From Ascidiella aspersa (lineage: Eukaryota), in the NCBI GenBank assembly GCA_963924565.1, contig OZ004615.1, forward strand, positions 15,748,001-15,812,000: a DNA stretch of 64,000 nt. The letters run 5' to 3'. Positions 25,501 to 39,130 of the stretch are shown piece by piece (position 1 is the first letter of the stretch; every line of letters begins with the position of its first letter). The notes below the pieces were generated by a model. The model saw only the letters and a list, made by a program, of their open reading frames with translations. It made no database searches and had not been told where the DNA came from. The position numbers and the translations under genes are program-made.

Positions 25501-28500
25501 GAGCTTATATAAACTGTAGACATAAATTGAAACTCTTTAGTTAACGCAGTTGTGGTCGGTACTGTCACAAAGCAATTCAAATGCTCATTTGTTACTCTCA
25601 CTCAGACAGTAATTACTCCAAAGAGCGTCCAAAACTTTTTGCGCGATCGTCACAAAAGATTGCTTTGAATGAAGGTTGTGGAATAAATTTAAAGTACCAG
25701 TTAAATGAATTTTTTCGCGTACTCCCGAAAGACTCCTGCGTACCCATGGGGGTACGGCGTAACCCAATTAAAGAAACAATTAAAGTTATGACTACTGCGT
25801 ATCCTTGACGAAACAGCCCCAAGAAAAGCCTAAATGGTAAAAAGATTCTGGCAGCGCGAAACTGACACCTACACCATATTTGTGACTGGCCGTTTGAGGA
25901 ATAGCAAACAAATTTTACCAAATAAAGCTGTGTCCCAAACAAAGAAAAATTAGGTATAACCCAACTGTTTTGTTGTCAAAAGTCAACTACTGCTTTGTAT
26001 TCATTATATAGGTTAGTAAGAATGCCGGGCTAAATGTTAATGTTATCCGGCCTAGATTTTACTGACAGGCGGCTCAAGACGCCCATGATTAACATTCGAA
26101 TTTCCTCTCGGCAAACGTGCTAGCCTGCCGCTGATTTGGGCTGCTTAGTTTTGTACTCTAGCTGCTACTAACAGCGATGACTTTTTACTTCGTTTAATTA
26201 CTGCTAATGTTTAAGCTAAAAAGAAAGCGTAACAGCTCACGGTATACCAACAGCAGAATACAGTAGTGTCAGTGTTTGACTTGATTCAAAGCATCATTAT
26301 TATTCGTTTAACTTTAGGTTTTAGAAAAGAACAGCAACGATACAGAAAGGAGCGATTTTAAACATAAACAAAATAAGAGTTTGCAAAGAAGCGTTTGCAG
26401 AGTTATGCAACATTTGGGGAAAGTTTTATAACCAGAGTTTTTACATCGTAAAATGTCTATTGTCTGTACTAGCTCTAAGTCGGTGCCTTAGCTCTCAAAT
26501 GCCTTCGGTATTTGTTAAATTTTCCTTGCAAGGCTTATATCGCACAATGGGTATTTTATGCTTATTTTCACACCAAAATGAAGTGAATTATGAAATTTGT
26601 TGAGCAAAAAGACGAAGTAACCGACAATTCTTTAAGGTAACTTGTCAAAGCATAACAACATGCCTATTTTTAATTTGTTTTTGTAATCATATACGATTTT
26701 GTTTCATATACATCTGCGGTGCAAATTTAGAAATCCTACTGAATAAAATCCCTACCTCCCAGTGTACGTGATAAGTGGCCACTTTCTTGTATTTATTTTG
26801 CGCAAAACTACATATTGAATCCACTGTGGCGTTCAGAGTCAGTAGGCAAATCACCACCAGACCACATATAGTATGTTTCATAAGTGAAAGTTACTTTGTA
26901 AATCGTAAAGTTTAGTCGATATCTAAAAAATAAAGTAACATTTGGCATGAATAAAAACCCCACCCCCTGGGCCCAAAAGGACTTTGACCTACTGGAATTC
27001 ACATTCGAAACACAATATGCGCCAGTGGACTATTCCGTTGTATTATTTTACAATAACCCGAAAGGTAATGGGTCAAATATTTTTAAGGATTAGGCCTACT
27101 TTATATTAGGTACACAATAATTGCATGTGATTGTTGAAAGTACTTTGATTTTCCAAAAACGGCGGACTGTAAAACCTTCGTTTCTCTGGTGCATAAAGCC
27201 AAATGGCTGAATAACAAGAACGGATGCGACGCTTCTAGCAGGATGCCCGTTAATAAACAATACTGGGAGCCGTCAGTCACACACTTATTGAGTCCAATTG
27301 AGGGTAGAAAGCGAGTGCAGCAGTAAGCTAGACGTGAAGGGTTATACTAACTAATGTAAAGTCGCCTAACGTACAGGCCTAAGTGAATTTTCTTTAAAGT
27401 AAGTTCGACCATTCTTTTTGGCTATAATTGCGATAACCAAGTGTAATTTGAATTTTGCAATTATTTTGTTTATTCAGCTGAGCAGCAAGGCCTGTAGTAT
27501 TTATCCAATTAAAAAGTGCTTTGAGTACGATTTTTTTGGCAGCTTTTCAAAAAAGGCCATTGTTTAGTATACCCATGAGAAAACATGGACTAAATTCCTG
27601 CCTTGTAAGTTTTCTGATTAGTTTAAAGTTGTGTTCGAATGTCGTGCGGTTTCAACGGGGGACTTTAACTTCTATTTCGGATGATTTTATTTATAGCGAG
27701 GATTTAACCTTTTACCAAGTATGATTTTACCAACAAGGTTGTTTTTTATAACGCCTTGTTTGATTGTCATTAAAGAAATAGTTATATTTAAGATGAAATC
27801 GTGTTGCACTAGTGGTGACTACTTTTTTAAATGCTGTTTTAAAAGTCAAGTTGTTCATCCAGAGGACTCAGCCAGGTGTTGCAAATGGTTTATCGCCTAA
27901 GCTTAAAACAATCTGATAAGTGACGAAATCTGTTAACTGGACTTCCCTAGGTTTGCCAGACGTGTAGCAAATTGTCAGTTTGTCTTGAGCTGCAAATTAT
28001 CCACCTATACGCCACTGCCAGTTTCTACATTTTACAGAATGTTTGACTATAGGACATTTCAACCACAAGGCTTTTAAGACCAACTGAACTTGTGGTGTTT
28101 TTCTATCAGACTTTGGTCACACATTAACAAAAGCGTGCGTACAGCCCTACAAATGAGTAAGACATAAATGTTACAATTATTCCTACTTTGTTGAAAGATT
28201 GGGCGTTGTCTATTCTACAGTGATCTAAAATAACTATTTTATAAGCCTAAAATGCCATGGCTTTGTCGTGTGCACGATGGTTACCCACATTACAAAACAG
28301 TAAGTTTTAAACTTTTAACGTATACTACGTAACAGTTGGTTAAGAATGTTTGTACACCAAAAAATGACGTCATATTATGCCGTCAGAGCGCATGCGGTTC
28401 GTCATTTAAATGTAATTTCCTGTTGGCTAAGCGCCATTTGCGACGCAGGCCTTCAGCCAACCATGTTTGTTTTTCAAAGCTAGCATTTGAAAAAAGTTTA

Positions 28501-31214
28501 GATTCAAATATATTTTGGTCGAACTGCTTTTGTAAAAAAAACCTAGACCTCGTCTAAATTTGGTTCCATCTAAAAAATATTTACACCATCTTAAATGCGC
28601 TAAAAAGGTTTTAAACTTTTTTGTCGCTCGAGTAAATATTTTCCTGACATTGTTTGAAGAATATAATTGGACACTATTGCCATAACGGTATTTGTGAAGG
28701 GACAGTATTGGTTGTTGTGTTAAAGATACTAATTTCAGCGGGGGCGACAATTGGGCCGATTTAACTTCAAGAATCGCGTTATATGAGCTCACTATTCATA
28801 ATATGACCACCCAAATGTGTAATAACACTGGACTTTTTAATTTAGTGGTATTTTTATTTTTGGAGACGTTGTCATATAACCGGACAAAAATGACGCCTCG
28901 CTCCTTTAGAGAAACAAATGAGGGAACTACAAAGTGTTGCTCGGGTCACAAAAAAGTTGAAGTAAAATAACGTAAAGTAAAAAAAATATAGGATATAAAT
29001 TCCAATTATGTGTCAGTTGTGCGTTCGAATCCAATTTTGACCCCCTTACCTTATCAGATTTTTCACAGTGGCGTACCCCTCGTGTTAACGGGCCCTGGCC
29101 GAAGGGAATTATTGTGTAGGAGTGTGTTCGCGTTGTGTGACGAACGTTGAGTTAGAGCAGTACACGCGGGTTGCTGGTTACTGAAAGCACGATAGTGTTT
29201 CGAGCAACGAGCGTCGTTGATTTCCTACATTTGCACCATCTCGATAGAAGTCGGATTTTTTTCGGCTCGGAATGCTGCCCTTTGTAGTTTCGGTGAAAAG
29301 AGCTGGTCAGAAAGAAACCGAAATCTGTTAGGCTTGTGTTAGGCTTGCAGTTTCACAACGGTGAAAATCTAAATTTGGATTTTTCTGTATAATCATATAT
29401 TTGTCTCAGTTAAAAAGCGCAGTTAATTGAGCAGTGGGTTTCAAAACCCTGGATGGCTAATTAGTCTATGGCGCAGTTTAAATTACTAGTTATATTATGG
29501 TATGCTATTATGACGCCTGGACCATGCGAAAACTTTCGTGTAGCCTACATGTTGTTGTGCTATTTGTGTTGCTACATAATTACATCCCTAATTAATTGCA
29601 AGTCCTAAAGAAGGCCATCAAAAATCAATTAGGCTGTTCCCTGATGTACCCATTATTAAAAAATTGAAAAACAAGCCCTTCGAAGCGAATATGCTTAAAT
29701 CAAACTGTATAACATGGCAACCTTCTATAAAACGTTAAAGTTGACCGAAAAGAACTCCTCTATATTTGTAACGAAGTTTTGCAAGGAATGTTTTGTTTAA
29801 ACGTTCTTCATTTGGTGTTATTTAGTATTCAAGCAAGAATAAGGTAGCAGGCCCGATTTAACATTTTACGGAGTATAGAAATTTATATTAGTGCAACTAT
29901 ATTATTAAACAAGACATTTTCTTGCTATTACACTTCTGTAAATCTTATGGCGTGACTATACTGACTGAATTTCCTTTCAAGGAACATCCGTTTCGTCAAT
30001 TAGCATTTCATACATCCTAAAACTATAAAAATGTCGAAGTCCAACGAATGGTTTCATTAGCGTATTTTAACAAATTAGTATTTTCTGTTTATCCCGACTG
30101 TTTTGTAATTACTGAGATATAAGAATAAATGTAACGATGTTCCGATAACTGATCAATACTTTTCAGGATAAAAAGCATTGTATTTTTCCACTATGGTGAA
30201 ATGAAAGAATCTCGCATTAGCCTTAATAACCTGTGATTCACTAAATGCCTCATTGTTTTGTGTGGTGGAATTCTCCGGCTAAAGGGTCACAAATATGCCA
30301 CTTCCGGCTTTTTTGTATCACCCTTTAATGTCAGAAAACAGTAAAATATGACGTTTTGTTATGTTGAAACAATATTTTGTATTTTTCTCCATTAACAGTT
30401 AGTCACGGTTAAAGAATGTTGTATATAGCACGACGTATGAGTGTGCGAAGTGTTACCGCACGGTTTCGATTCTTAAAATTTATTCACTTTCGAAAACTCC
30501 ATAAGTTGCGTTTTTGTTAAAACGGTTTCTGTCTTCGCAGTTTACGCAATGAATTTGATGTTTCACGCTAATCATAAAAGAAAATCTGAAAGGGGGAAAT
30601 AAGTGAACTACACATTTGTCTTCTATAGGCTGATAACTGTTAATAACCTTGGCAGGTCAGTTTAATTTTTTAGTGTGAGAAAAATGATTTTTTATTGTTG
30701 TTTGTCTTAGTTGTTTACAGCACTCAAATCAAGTCGAACACAACCTAAAGAAAAACTAAATTGTTTTATAATTAAGAAGAGACAAGAAAAAAAAAACGAA
30801 TTTTTCCACTTTAAATTTGCAGATACGAAATGTAAAGAAATCTACTGTGCATAACAAGATATATCGTTTTAGGCAAAAACTGTAGTCAAGTCACGACGGG
30901 CGGTGAACAATCAATCTTGTGTTGTCGTACGTTTGTTCGCAAAATTCCACGGGAAAATGGCCATTCACTGTGGTGGTATTTTATGCTAGCCCTGGTGAAG
31001 CACGAAGTAAACAGTATATAGATCTTTGGAAAGGAGTTTATTTTATCCTTGTCTGCTTTTATTCTCAACGGGTCTCGGCCTCCTGCATTTGTTTTGGAAA
31101 TATGTTTTAAATGTTTTGACTTATTTTGTTTAAGGTTTGGTGCCACAGTGTTAATTTCTTTTAACTAAATTTGAATAATAAAAATGGAAAACAAGTAAGC
31201 GACCCGGTAAAGCG

Positions 31215-34200
31215 ATGCGGCATTACAAAATCGTCCTGTTGGGAGCTGGCGGAGTAGGAAAGACCTCCATGACCACTCAGTTCGTCCAAGAGAAGTTTGA
31301 GGAAAAGTAAGTTTGGCGATTGGTATTTTTCTAATTTCTGTTTTTGAACTATATAGATAATCAAACTAATCTAAAGGATTTAGATCAGGGGTTCTTAAAC
31401 AGTGTCCATGATCCCGTTGGGGGTACGTAAGCTTGTTTTAAGAGGTTCACCAAGGTTTCTTGAACTATTAGTGATCATCAAGAAGCAATCAATGTTTTTT
31501 ATAAATAAAAGATTTACTTAAAAATGAAACGATTTTGCACTGAATGTATTTCGATTTCATTTTATTTTACATTTTTTGGCCGAAACAATTAGATTTATGA
31601 AGTCTATTGATATTGTGACGTCAATTTATTACGTCATGTCTAAAAATTCGTTGACAATGGTCCATGCGAAGCAAAAAATATTTTTAGGAGTCCGCGGTAA
31701 AAAAAGTTTAAGAACCCTGTTCGAGATAGACATATGTACAAAAATGCTAAATCGCCACCGAAAATATTAGCTTGGCCAAATATTGTTGCTGTCACTAATT
31801 ACCCGTGTATTATATTCCAGAACATACATTTTCCAAAAAGGTCCGACCTAGGCCATATATAGAACCCCGTACATTGAATGCGTTGGCTTTAACGGAAAAC
31901 CAATCAACCACAAAGTCATATGGTTTCCGAAACTGTTTTGTTCCCATCAAGCGCTTATTGCCGCTATATCGTTTATAAATAAATCTCTTGCCCTAAATGA
32001 CAATCAAAATCGAACAGCTTAGGTCTGCAAAAGACTATAATGCTGACTATAAGGTAAAAATCCAGCTGTCTTCACAAAGCCGAAACTTAGTTATGTTAAG
32101 ATATTTTGACAAAGTGGTGATTTTCCAAACAACATAAAGTACTCTAATTTTAAATCGAAAAAGTCAGTTTCCGACCCTTGGGGTGAAAGTAGAAGGATTT
32201 TATTACCGCAACGATGGATAATTTTCTCATCGAAACGCTTCAAAATATTTCACAGATGACATCAAAAAATTACGTTATAACGCAATGGTTCTCAAAGTAT
32301 GGGTCGCGACCCAAACATGGGTCGCGCAACGTCAAAAAATGGGTCGCTCTATGGTGATTCAATCTTGCGCAAACGAACTTTTTTCATTTCATTTTTCAAG
32401 TATTTTCAATTCAATCATGACTGAAACATTGCATCATAAGCATTTCATGTGGCTTCAACTCAGTAACCTGAGTTAAAGCATCATAAGTGGTTTTATGGAC
32501 GTTTTGATGGCAGCCAACTACAGTATAGTCATAGCCAACTACAGTAGCTATAAGACTGGTGTAAGCGGTAGCCGCACATTTGCCTTATGACTTTGACTAT
32601 TTCTTTTAGAAGATTATTCTGCTAGCTCTAATTACACACATTTATGGGCTGGTAAAAAAGGTACACACCCTCGTAAGAAATAACCTTGTCATACCAGTAT
32701 GGCGTAGCTGCAAAACTTATTGTATCGGAACGCCGTTTTGGACGGTTCCGGCATAATTTCACCAGTGCCTAACTCTTAGTCTTACTTATGTCTATGTACA
32801 TAGGCGCTATATAGATTGGGGTTACCATAACGATTTAGTAATATCGAGCGGTGATTTCATTATTCTAGTACAGGGGTTCTTAAACTGGGGTCCGTAGACC
32901 CCTTGGGGGTCCGTGAACTAATTTCAGGGGGTCCATGAAGGCCAAATTGAAATATTAGTGTGTGTTTAAAAAGTAATCAAATTAAAAAAAAGAGTATAAT
33001 TAAAAATAAAACGTTTTACCACTGAATGTCAGACTCTATTTTATCACCAGCATTTTTCTGACAGGATATTTAATTGTGACGTCAATTTATGACGTCATTT
33101 TTGAAAATTTCTTGCCTACAGGGGTCCACCCTAACCAAAAGAAAAAATTTGGGGCCCGCGGTGAAAAAAGTTTAAGAACCCCTGTTCTATTATATAAACA
33201 CAACATTCTCGGGAATTTCTTACGTTATATTAATCAATCGTGTTCTATAACAACATACAACTTTTGTCTACGCAAATGATTAGCGTACAATGCCTAATGA
33301 GATACGACAACTCTTTCAACATGCACAACCACACACACACACACTAATCCGGGATTCCACACTTTAAGGGCAATTACATTTGGCCGCATGTCCGCAATCG
33401 TTTTAATCATCAGTAAGAATGACCAAAGTTTAATACCTCACTTTGCATATGCATGAGCAGCTACTAAATTCGATTTAACTTTCTATAAACGAAACATACA
33501 TTTTCAACAATCTTTTGAGGTTATGTAGAGAAGTCTGCCCTTATGGGACGTTCCCTGAGTCGGGACATTGCGGTTACTTCGACATGCTATTAGGTAGCGC
33601 TAAACGATGTATATTATTTAAATAGCCCCTGGTAACTACAATTTTAGCACAACATTTAGGTTGGTGGTCGCCGTTTTTACAATCTGTTAATCTAAAGAAA
33701 TCAGTTTTTTTCTAAGTATATTTTTGTACTTTTATGTTGTTTAGTTCAATTCGTGTAATTTTTTTTTGTTTTAGTAATTTGTCTTATTCTAATAAACAGC
33801 CAGCATATCTTCTTTATATGGTCAAGAAGGCTGCGTAATTAAGACAGGACATTACCGTTTAACTAACTATTCTACATTTCGGATTTTGTAATTAGAGCTA
33901 CGTATTTATTGATTTATATGTTACTCTTCGTAGCAGTGGTTCTCAACCTGGGGTTGGCGAATCCCTGGGAGTTCATAGGAAGATTTCCAGGGAGTCATTG
34001 GATGCATTCGGATTTATATATATAATTTTTTAAGAATGTCATAACCATGGCGAACTAAAAGGTTAAGATAAGATTTACACTATTACCACTTCATTTGGTG
34101 GCAAACTACCAGTAAAGGTTTAGTCCTATTTTTTGTAAATAGGAGTTGCTTAACATGGAAATGTTGGAAACCCTGAGATAATACTAAAATCTCTAAAACG

Positions 34201-36872
34201 ATAGTACAACAAGAAACAAAAAACGAAATAAGAGGCAAAACCCATAGACTCTTTTATAACAGTTTCATTACATCCAGTATACACTTTTTTGTTGGAAGTC
34301 TGAATAATTGTTAAAAACACACAAAAAAAAACGTTCTTTCAACACTAATTGTGTACGTGTGATCAATTTAAATTATAGACGTGACCAATGCGACAAACGG
34401 ACTATAACAAAATGTAAACTTCCCCAACTGGTTTGTAACAACCTTTCTACGAACAAATTGCCCACATCCGCAAGTTAATTTCTCTAGGCCACTGCTGAGT
34501 CACATGTAAAGGTGACTCAAAGCTAGGTATGTGACAGCAGGAAGTGGAACAGTGTGAAAACGTTCGCAGTTCGTGACAACGTTATAATTGGTGCCTGTCA
34601 ACGCACTGCCAGTACAAAAGAACCAAGAAAATGACTTGACACCCGTACGCTTAGGTTACATATAGGCGAATAAAAACATCCCTACATATTTTTTAGGTTT
34701 TTTGTTTTATGTCTAGTATAACATTAACTTATCCCTTTGAAAAAGTTAAAAATTATATACAGCTTCAATGAAAAACGTCTGCTATGGGTTTTAAGATATA
34801 GTTAAATATGCCAAAAAGAACTAAAATGTATGGGTGAACATTTTGTTCGTAAATACTAAAAAACAGGCCGGCCGGCGGCCAGTAACACTGCAAACAATAT
34901 TTTTGTCAAGATTTACATTTGTCTCGTTTCTGCTTTATGATCTACGCGCGATAAAGTCGATGTTGGGCTTAAGTTTGCCATCAAAGCGCCTTCAGCTCAA
35001 TCAAATTGACGCACCCTAGTATGACAGCAACAAGCAAGGCTGCTAAGCTGGTTAAAATGCCCCGAGTCCGACACCGAGTCTCTAGTCCGACTCCAATTCT
35101 TCAGCCTGTATTTCACCCATTTACTTAAATAAAATAAATTGAAAAATCAGCAACCCACTCATATGGGTGTCATAGAATTCATCCACCCACTTTACATGAT
35201 TAAAAAAGATTCTATATATACTATTCCACCTTTACAATTTACTGTTGGCGGCCATATCAGATTCAAAATTTGCTACTGCACATGCGCACGTCGGATTCTG
35301 CACTCAGAGAGTTTTACGTGGTCTTCTTACCCGAGTCCCGATTAATTAACCAACTCTGCGGAGTCCGGATTCCGACTTCGGCTCCACAGCCCTGATGAAC
35401 ATAACCTGTGATTACTTGCGCACGAATTGTGGCTTCGTTATACATTTGGCACAATTTATTTGCCATTGTAGTTGTAAAGTTTTAAAAACATTTGCGTCGC
35501 GCAGTTACGAGCCAACAATCGAGGAGATCCACAAGAAGACGGTGTCGGTTGACGGGGAGCAGTTTCTGCTTGAGCTGGTCGACACCGCCGGCATGGACCA
35601 GTTCACGCAAATGCGTGAGATGTACATCCGCAACGGCGACGGATTCATTCTGGTCTACTCCATCCTGGACCCGACCACCTTCGAGGACGTCAAGTCGATC
35701 CGCGAGCAAATCGTCAGGAGCAAATACACGTGAGACAAACAGGGCTGCGCGTTGTGTCTGACTCCCGATGACAGGCGTGTAAGGCCACTATAAGGCCTGC
35801 TAGCACGCCGGCAATTGTGGGACACTGATACCGAGTGACAATGCAAAACGTTTAGCATTCCATATATTATATATAGATATATATACTTGGGCACACTATA
35901 CACGGATCTGTAATGTAGCTTGATAATAAATTGCAAAGCCAAAAAGGTCAAGTAGATCGACATCATCTTGATTATGTTGTCTTGTCATCATCTTTGATTA
36001 TGAACACATTAACTGAAGATGATATAAGCTCGTATTGATATTGATCTACTCGACCTTTTTGGCTTTGCAATTTATTATTAACCTATATATATATAAATTT
36101 GCTAATTAAATAGTCAGTTTGATATTCGACATGCACAAGCTGTTCTGTGTCACCCTGAACGGCGTCTATTAAACCAAATCGCTAAAAGAGCTTCGGCTAT
36201 TGGTAACATCTATTTTAATACTGTATTGTATTGCCTGTGTAAAATCGCGCTAAGTTCAACTTTTTTACTTGAATTCTTGTTTATAAACAACAAAAAAGTT
36301 ATATCATTACTGTACTTTTTTTGCGTCGATGGAAAAAATGTGAGATAGTTTTCTTTTAAGCATTCTGTCGAACTTACTCAGGGCAATAAAAAATATTTTG
36401 TTGGTGTAAAAAACATTTCCAGCCTTAGTTGGTTGACTTTGCCTTAGGACAATACCTCTTGCATCTGAGGTGGCCTATGCATGTTACACTTGAGTGTGTA
36501 AAATTGTTAAACCTTGAAATAATATTAAAATACCTAATCAATAATCAATTAAATTGTACGACGAAAAGGTAAAGCGTGTAAGTGTGTAATTGCAGCGAAC
36601 AAGTTCCAATCGTTCTTGTGGGAAACAAGCGAGATCTCGCCGAAGCGGAACGACAAGTAGACGAAGACCTGGCATCACAGTGCGCCGCCAAGTGGCCACA
36701 TTGTCGCTTTATAGAAACATCTGCCCGGGACCATTGTGAAGTCGAGGACGTTTTTCTCCACGTTTTAAAGGAGATAAGAAGCTTCGAAAACACTCGGAAA
36801 AATAGGGTGACTGCCCTCCACAAAGAGGCCTCCACGAGGCGAAAATCGAATGGAAGATGTAGCGTCATGTAA
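31215..36872 (+). CDS. Ras-family small GTPase, Rap-like (3 coding exons)
   Basis: Exons 31215-31306, 35505-35729, 36596-36872 with phase-2 introns. [17 protein letters not shown] (G1), YEPTIEE (G2), DTAG (G3), NKRD (G4), ETSAR (G5), CAAX CSVM. MR.YK start and [16 protein letters not shown] are Rap-like. Confidence 0.9.
31386..31719. mobile_element. hAT MITE (CAGGGGTTCTTAAAC family), degraded
   Basis: Termini caggggttcttaaac...gtttaagaaccctg; similar along its length to 32871-33184. Confidence 0.75.
32871..33184. mobile_element. hAT MITE (CAGGGGTTCTTAAAC family)
   Basis: Perfect 16-bp TIRs CAGGGGTTCTTAAACT/AGTTTAAGAACCCCTG; TSD ttctagta/ttctatta. Confidence 0.9.
35060..35393. mobile_element. 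hAT MITE, GAGTCC-rich family (partial)
   Basis: Similar to 16041-16421 and 45607-45988; right end ...ctccacagccctg. Confidence 0.75.
35886..36078. repeat. Second copy of the hammerhead-family fold-back repeat (ribozyme core broken)
   Basis: 35886-35972 is the reverse complement of ~15055-15139. 36005-36078 is a forward copy with CTGAAGATGAT but no GAAA. Confidence 0.75.
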
Positions 36873-38641
36873 CTTAATTAAGCTGATGACGACGCCAGTC
36901 TAGGTTAAACAAACATGACTGCGCACGTTTACGCCCTTGCGTCCCCAAAACTAAAACCTATAAAACAGTAGGGTAGCTACCGGCAGCAAAGTTCGAAAAA
37001 CGATAAAATCTTGACCAAACCCCAGTTTGATAAATAAACAACCCACTTTCTAAAATTAAAAATATGAATAAATTGCTAACTTTGTTAGGAATTGACAAGC
37101 AAAATTCCGCGCCTGAGAATAGAAATTATGTTCAAAAGGTTTTTTCTAAATTTATACCTATTAATGTTGAGCTGCATTAAAAATGCCTTAACTTCTTAAA
37201 TTCAAAAGCCTTGCGCGCGCGAAGTCTCTTATTTCCGATAATTACTATTTTTTAGGAAAATGTTATTTTATGTTGTTTCGCTGTGAAATGTCATGATTAA
37301 AACCAATTTTCTTTAGTTTTTTTTTATTATTTTTGATAAAAAAACATAACGATGTGGATAACATCGTTAATTGTTTAGCTTTAATTTTATTCATTGTAAT
37401 TATTTTTTGCGCATTATCAAATATGTATATAAAACCAATACTTGTTTTTTCGTTTAATAATTCAAACTAAAAAAAGGTAAATCAAAAGAAAAAGCAAATT
37501 ATTACCTAAAACAAATTTTAGGCTATAATAAGTTTTATGTGCATAGGTTAACACTTCCTTAATAATTTTTGCACTTTTTCTTGCGTATAGGTATTTGTTC
37601 TTGAGTATATAAAGAAAGTAAACCTACACTACCCTTTATAATTACTTTTTGGAAAAAAATTACCAAACAGAATATAAATTTTTGCATGAAATTACATTGG
37701 CACTAATTTATCCCATAATGTGGAATACCACACTAATAAAGATAAAAATACTTTTTGCAGTGCATCGTATATAAATGTGATTCAAATACAATTTAAGTAG
37801 GCCTACGCTCGTGGACCTTTTGTTACTTCAATATTTTGAACTTGAAAAGACCTATTCCAGATTGATGGTTAAATGTTTCCTTTTGCAATATGTAACTTTA
37901 ATTAACAAAGTAGTTTAATTCCGTTTTTCACTTTGTACTGTTTTGCATCAGTTTTGTACTTTAGCGGTGTAATTTAAACTTTAAACGCAACATAACAGTA
38001 AAAATCCCAAAAAAAAAATTCATTTTTTATTTGACCAAACCTTTATGCTGGCTTCAAGTAAATACTTCCTTTCTTTTGCTGAATTTAAAACGAAAGTTTT
38101 AAAATACTCACGGGTAACAAACAGAAAGAAATATCAAAATTTGATCGTGGTCTGTAAATGACAAGTAATAGACAACCTATTGCCAAATGCAGAACATTAA
38201 AATCTTCGGCATATTTCTGTAGTAGGCTACGCCTTAACCACACTAGGTTTAACCACAAGATAGGTTGTATTAATGTTATGTTTAATCCTAAACTGGGTGA
38301 TTATAACGGCACCATTAGCTATAAAAGATCTAAAATTGTTATGCTGTATTATAATAGATTTTGGTGGATTTACGGACCAATATAATTTGACTCGCAGGCA
38401 ACTTGTGTGAATGAATCTGGAAATATTATAACTATTAAACGAAGTGTTTCTGTAAATATTTTCAAACTGTTCACTTACTGGCTAACAGCAACAACAGAGC
38501 ATAGTGATACGAATAATTACCAGACTAAAATGGCTGTAACTTCGTCAGGTTCAAACTACACTAAGCGGCGCCCAATTTGTGATATAGTCGGCTAATTGAA
38601 ATCGTACACAAGACGTTTATACCATTGTATTGTAAATAAAG

Positions 38642-39130
38642 CAGGGAGTCTAACCGTTTGACTTTTCCGGTTCAGGTTCGTTACGGTCTCAAGGATTTTT
38701 TTTTTTTGAGCAACTTAAAAGTTCCGGTTCAGCTTCGGTTCGACCATCGTTATTTCAAAACCGGTTCATAAAGTTCCGGTTCGGATACAATATAAGTTGC
38801 GTTAAATATAAAAATGTGGGTCAATAAATTTAGAGAATTATCTTTGAATTCAAGTCATTTAATCTAAGTTACGTGACGTATTAAAAAAAAAGAAAATCAT
38901 TATTGAAAATCTGAAAAAAAATCATCGTTTTATTTAATCAATAGTTGTGACGTCATGCTAGAGTAAACCGCTTTTGTTTACAAATTCGGGTTCGGTTAAG
39001 GTTCATGTTGTTTTATTCGGTTTAGTTGCGGTCTAGCTCCTTAAAATCTTACAAATAATGGTTCAGGTTCGGTTACGGTTCGGAAAAAATTAACCCAAAA
39101 CCAGTTCATAAAGTCGGCTTCAACCCGGAT
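38642..39130. repeat. GGTTC-rich probable MITE remnant
   Basis: Starts cagggagtctaaccg; many ccggttc/ggttcg subterminal-type motifs and a duplicated cc.gttcataaagt block. Confidence 0.5.

Noticed and set aside
23000-31000. Short ORFs between the LRRC8-like and Rap-like genes (e.g. 25613-25942, 26687-26881, 28427-28792)
   Set aside because: No recognisable domains or consistent exon chain; probably intergenic, UTR or intron sequence. A small gene cannot be excluded.
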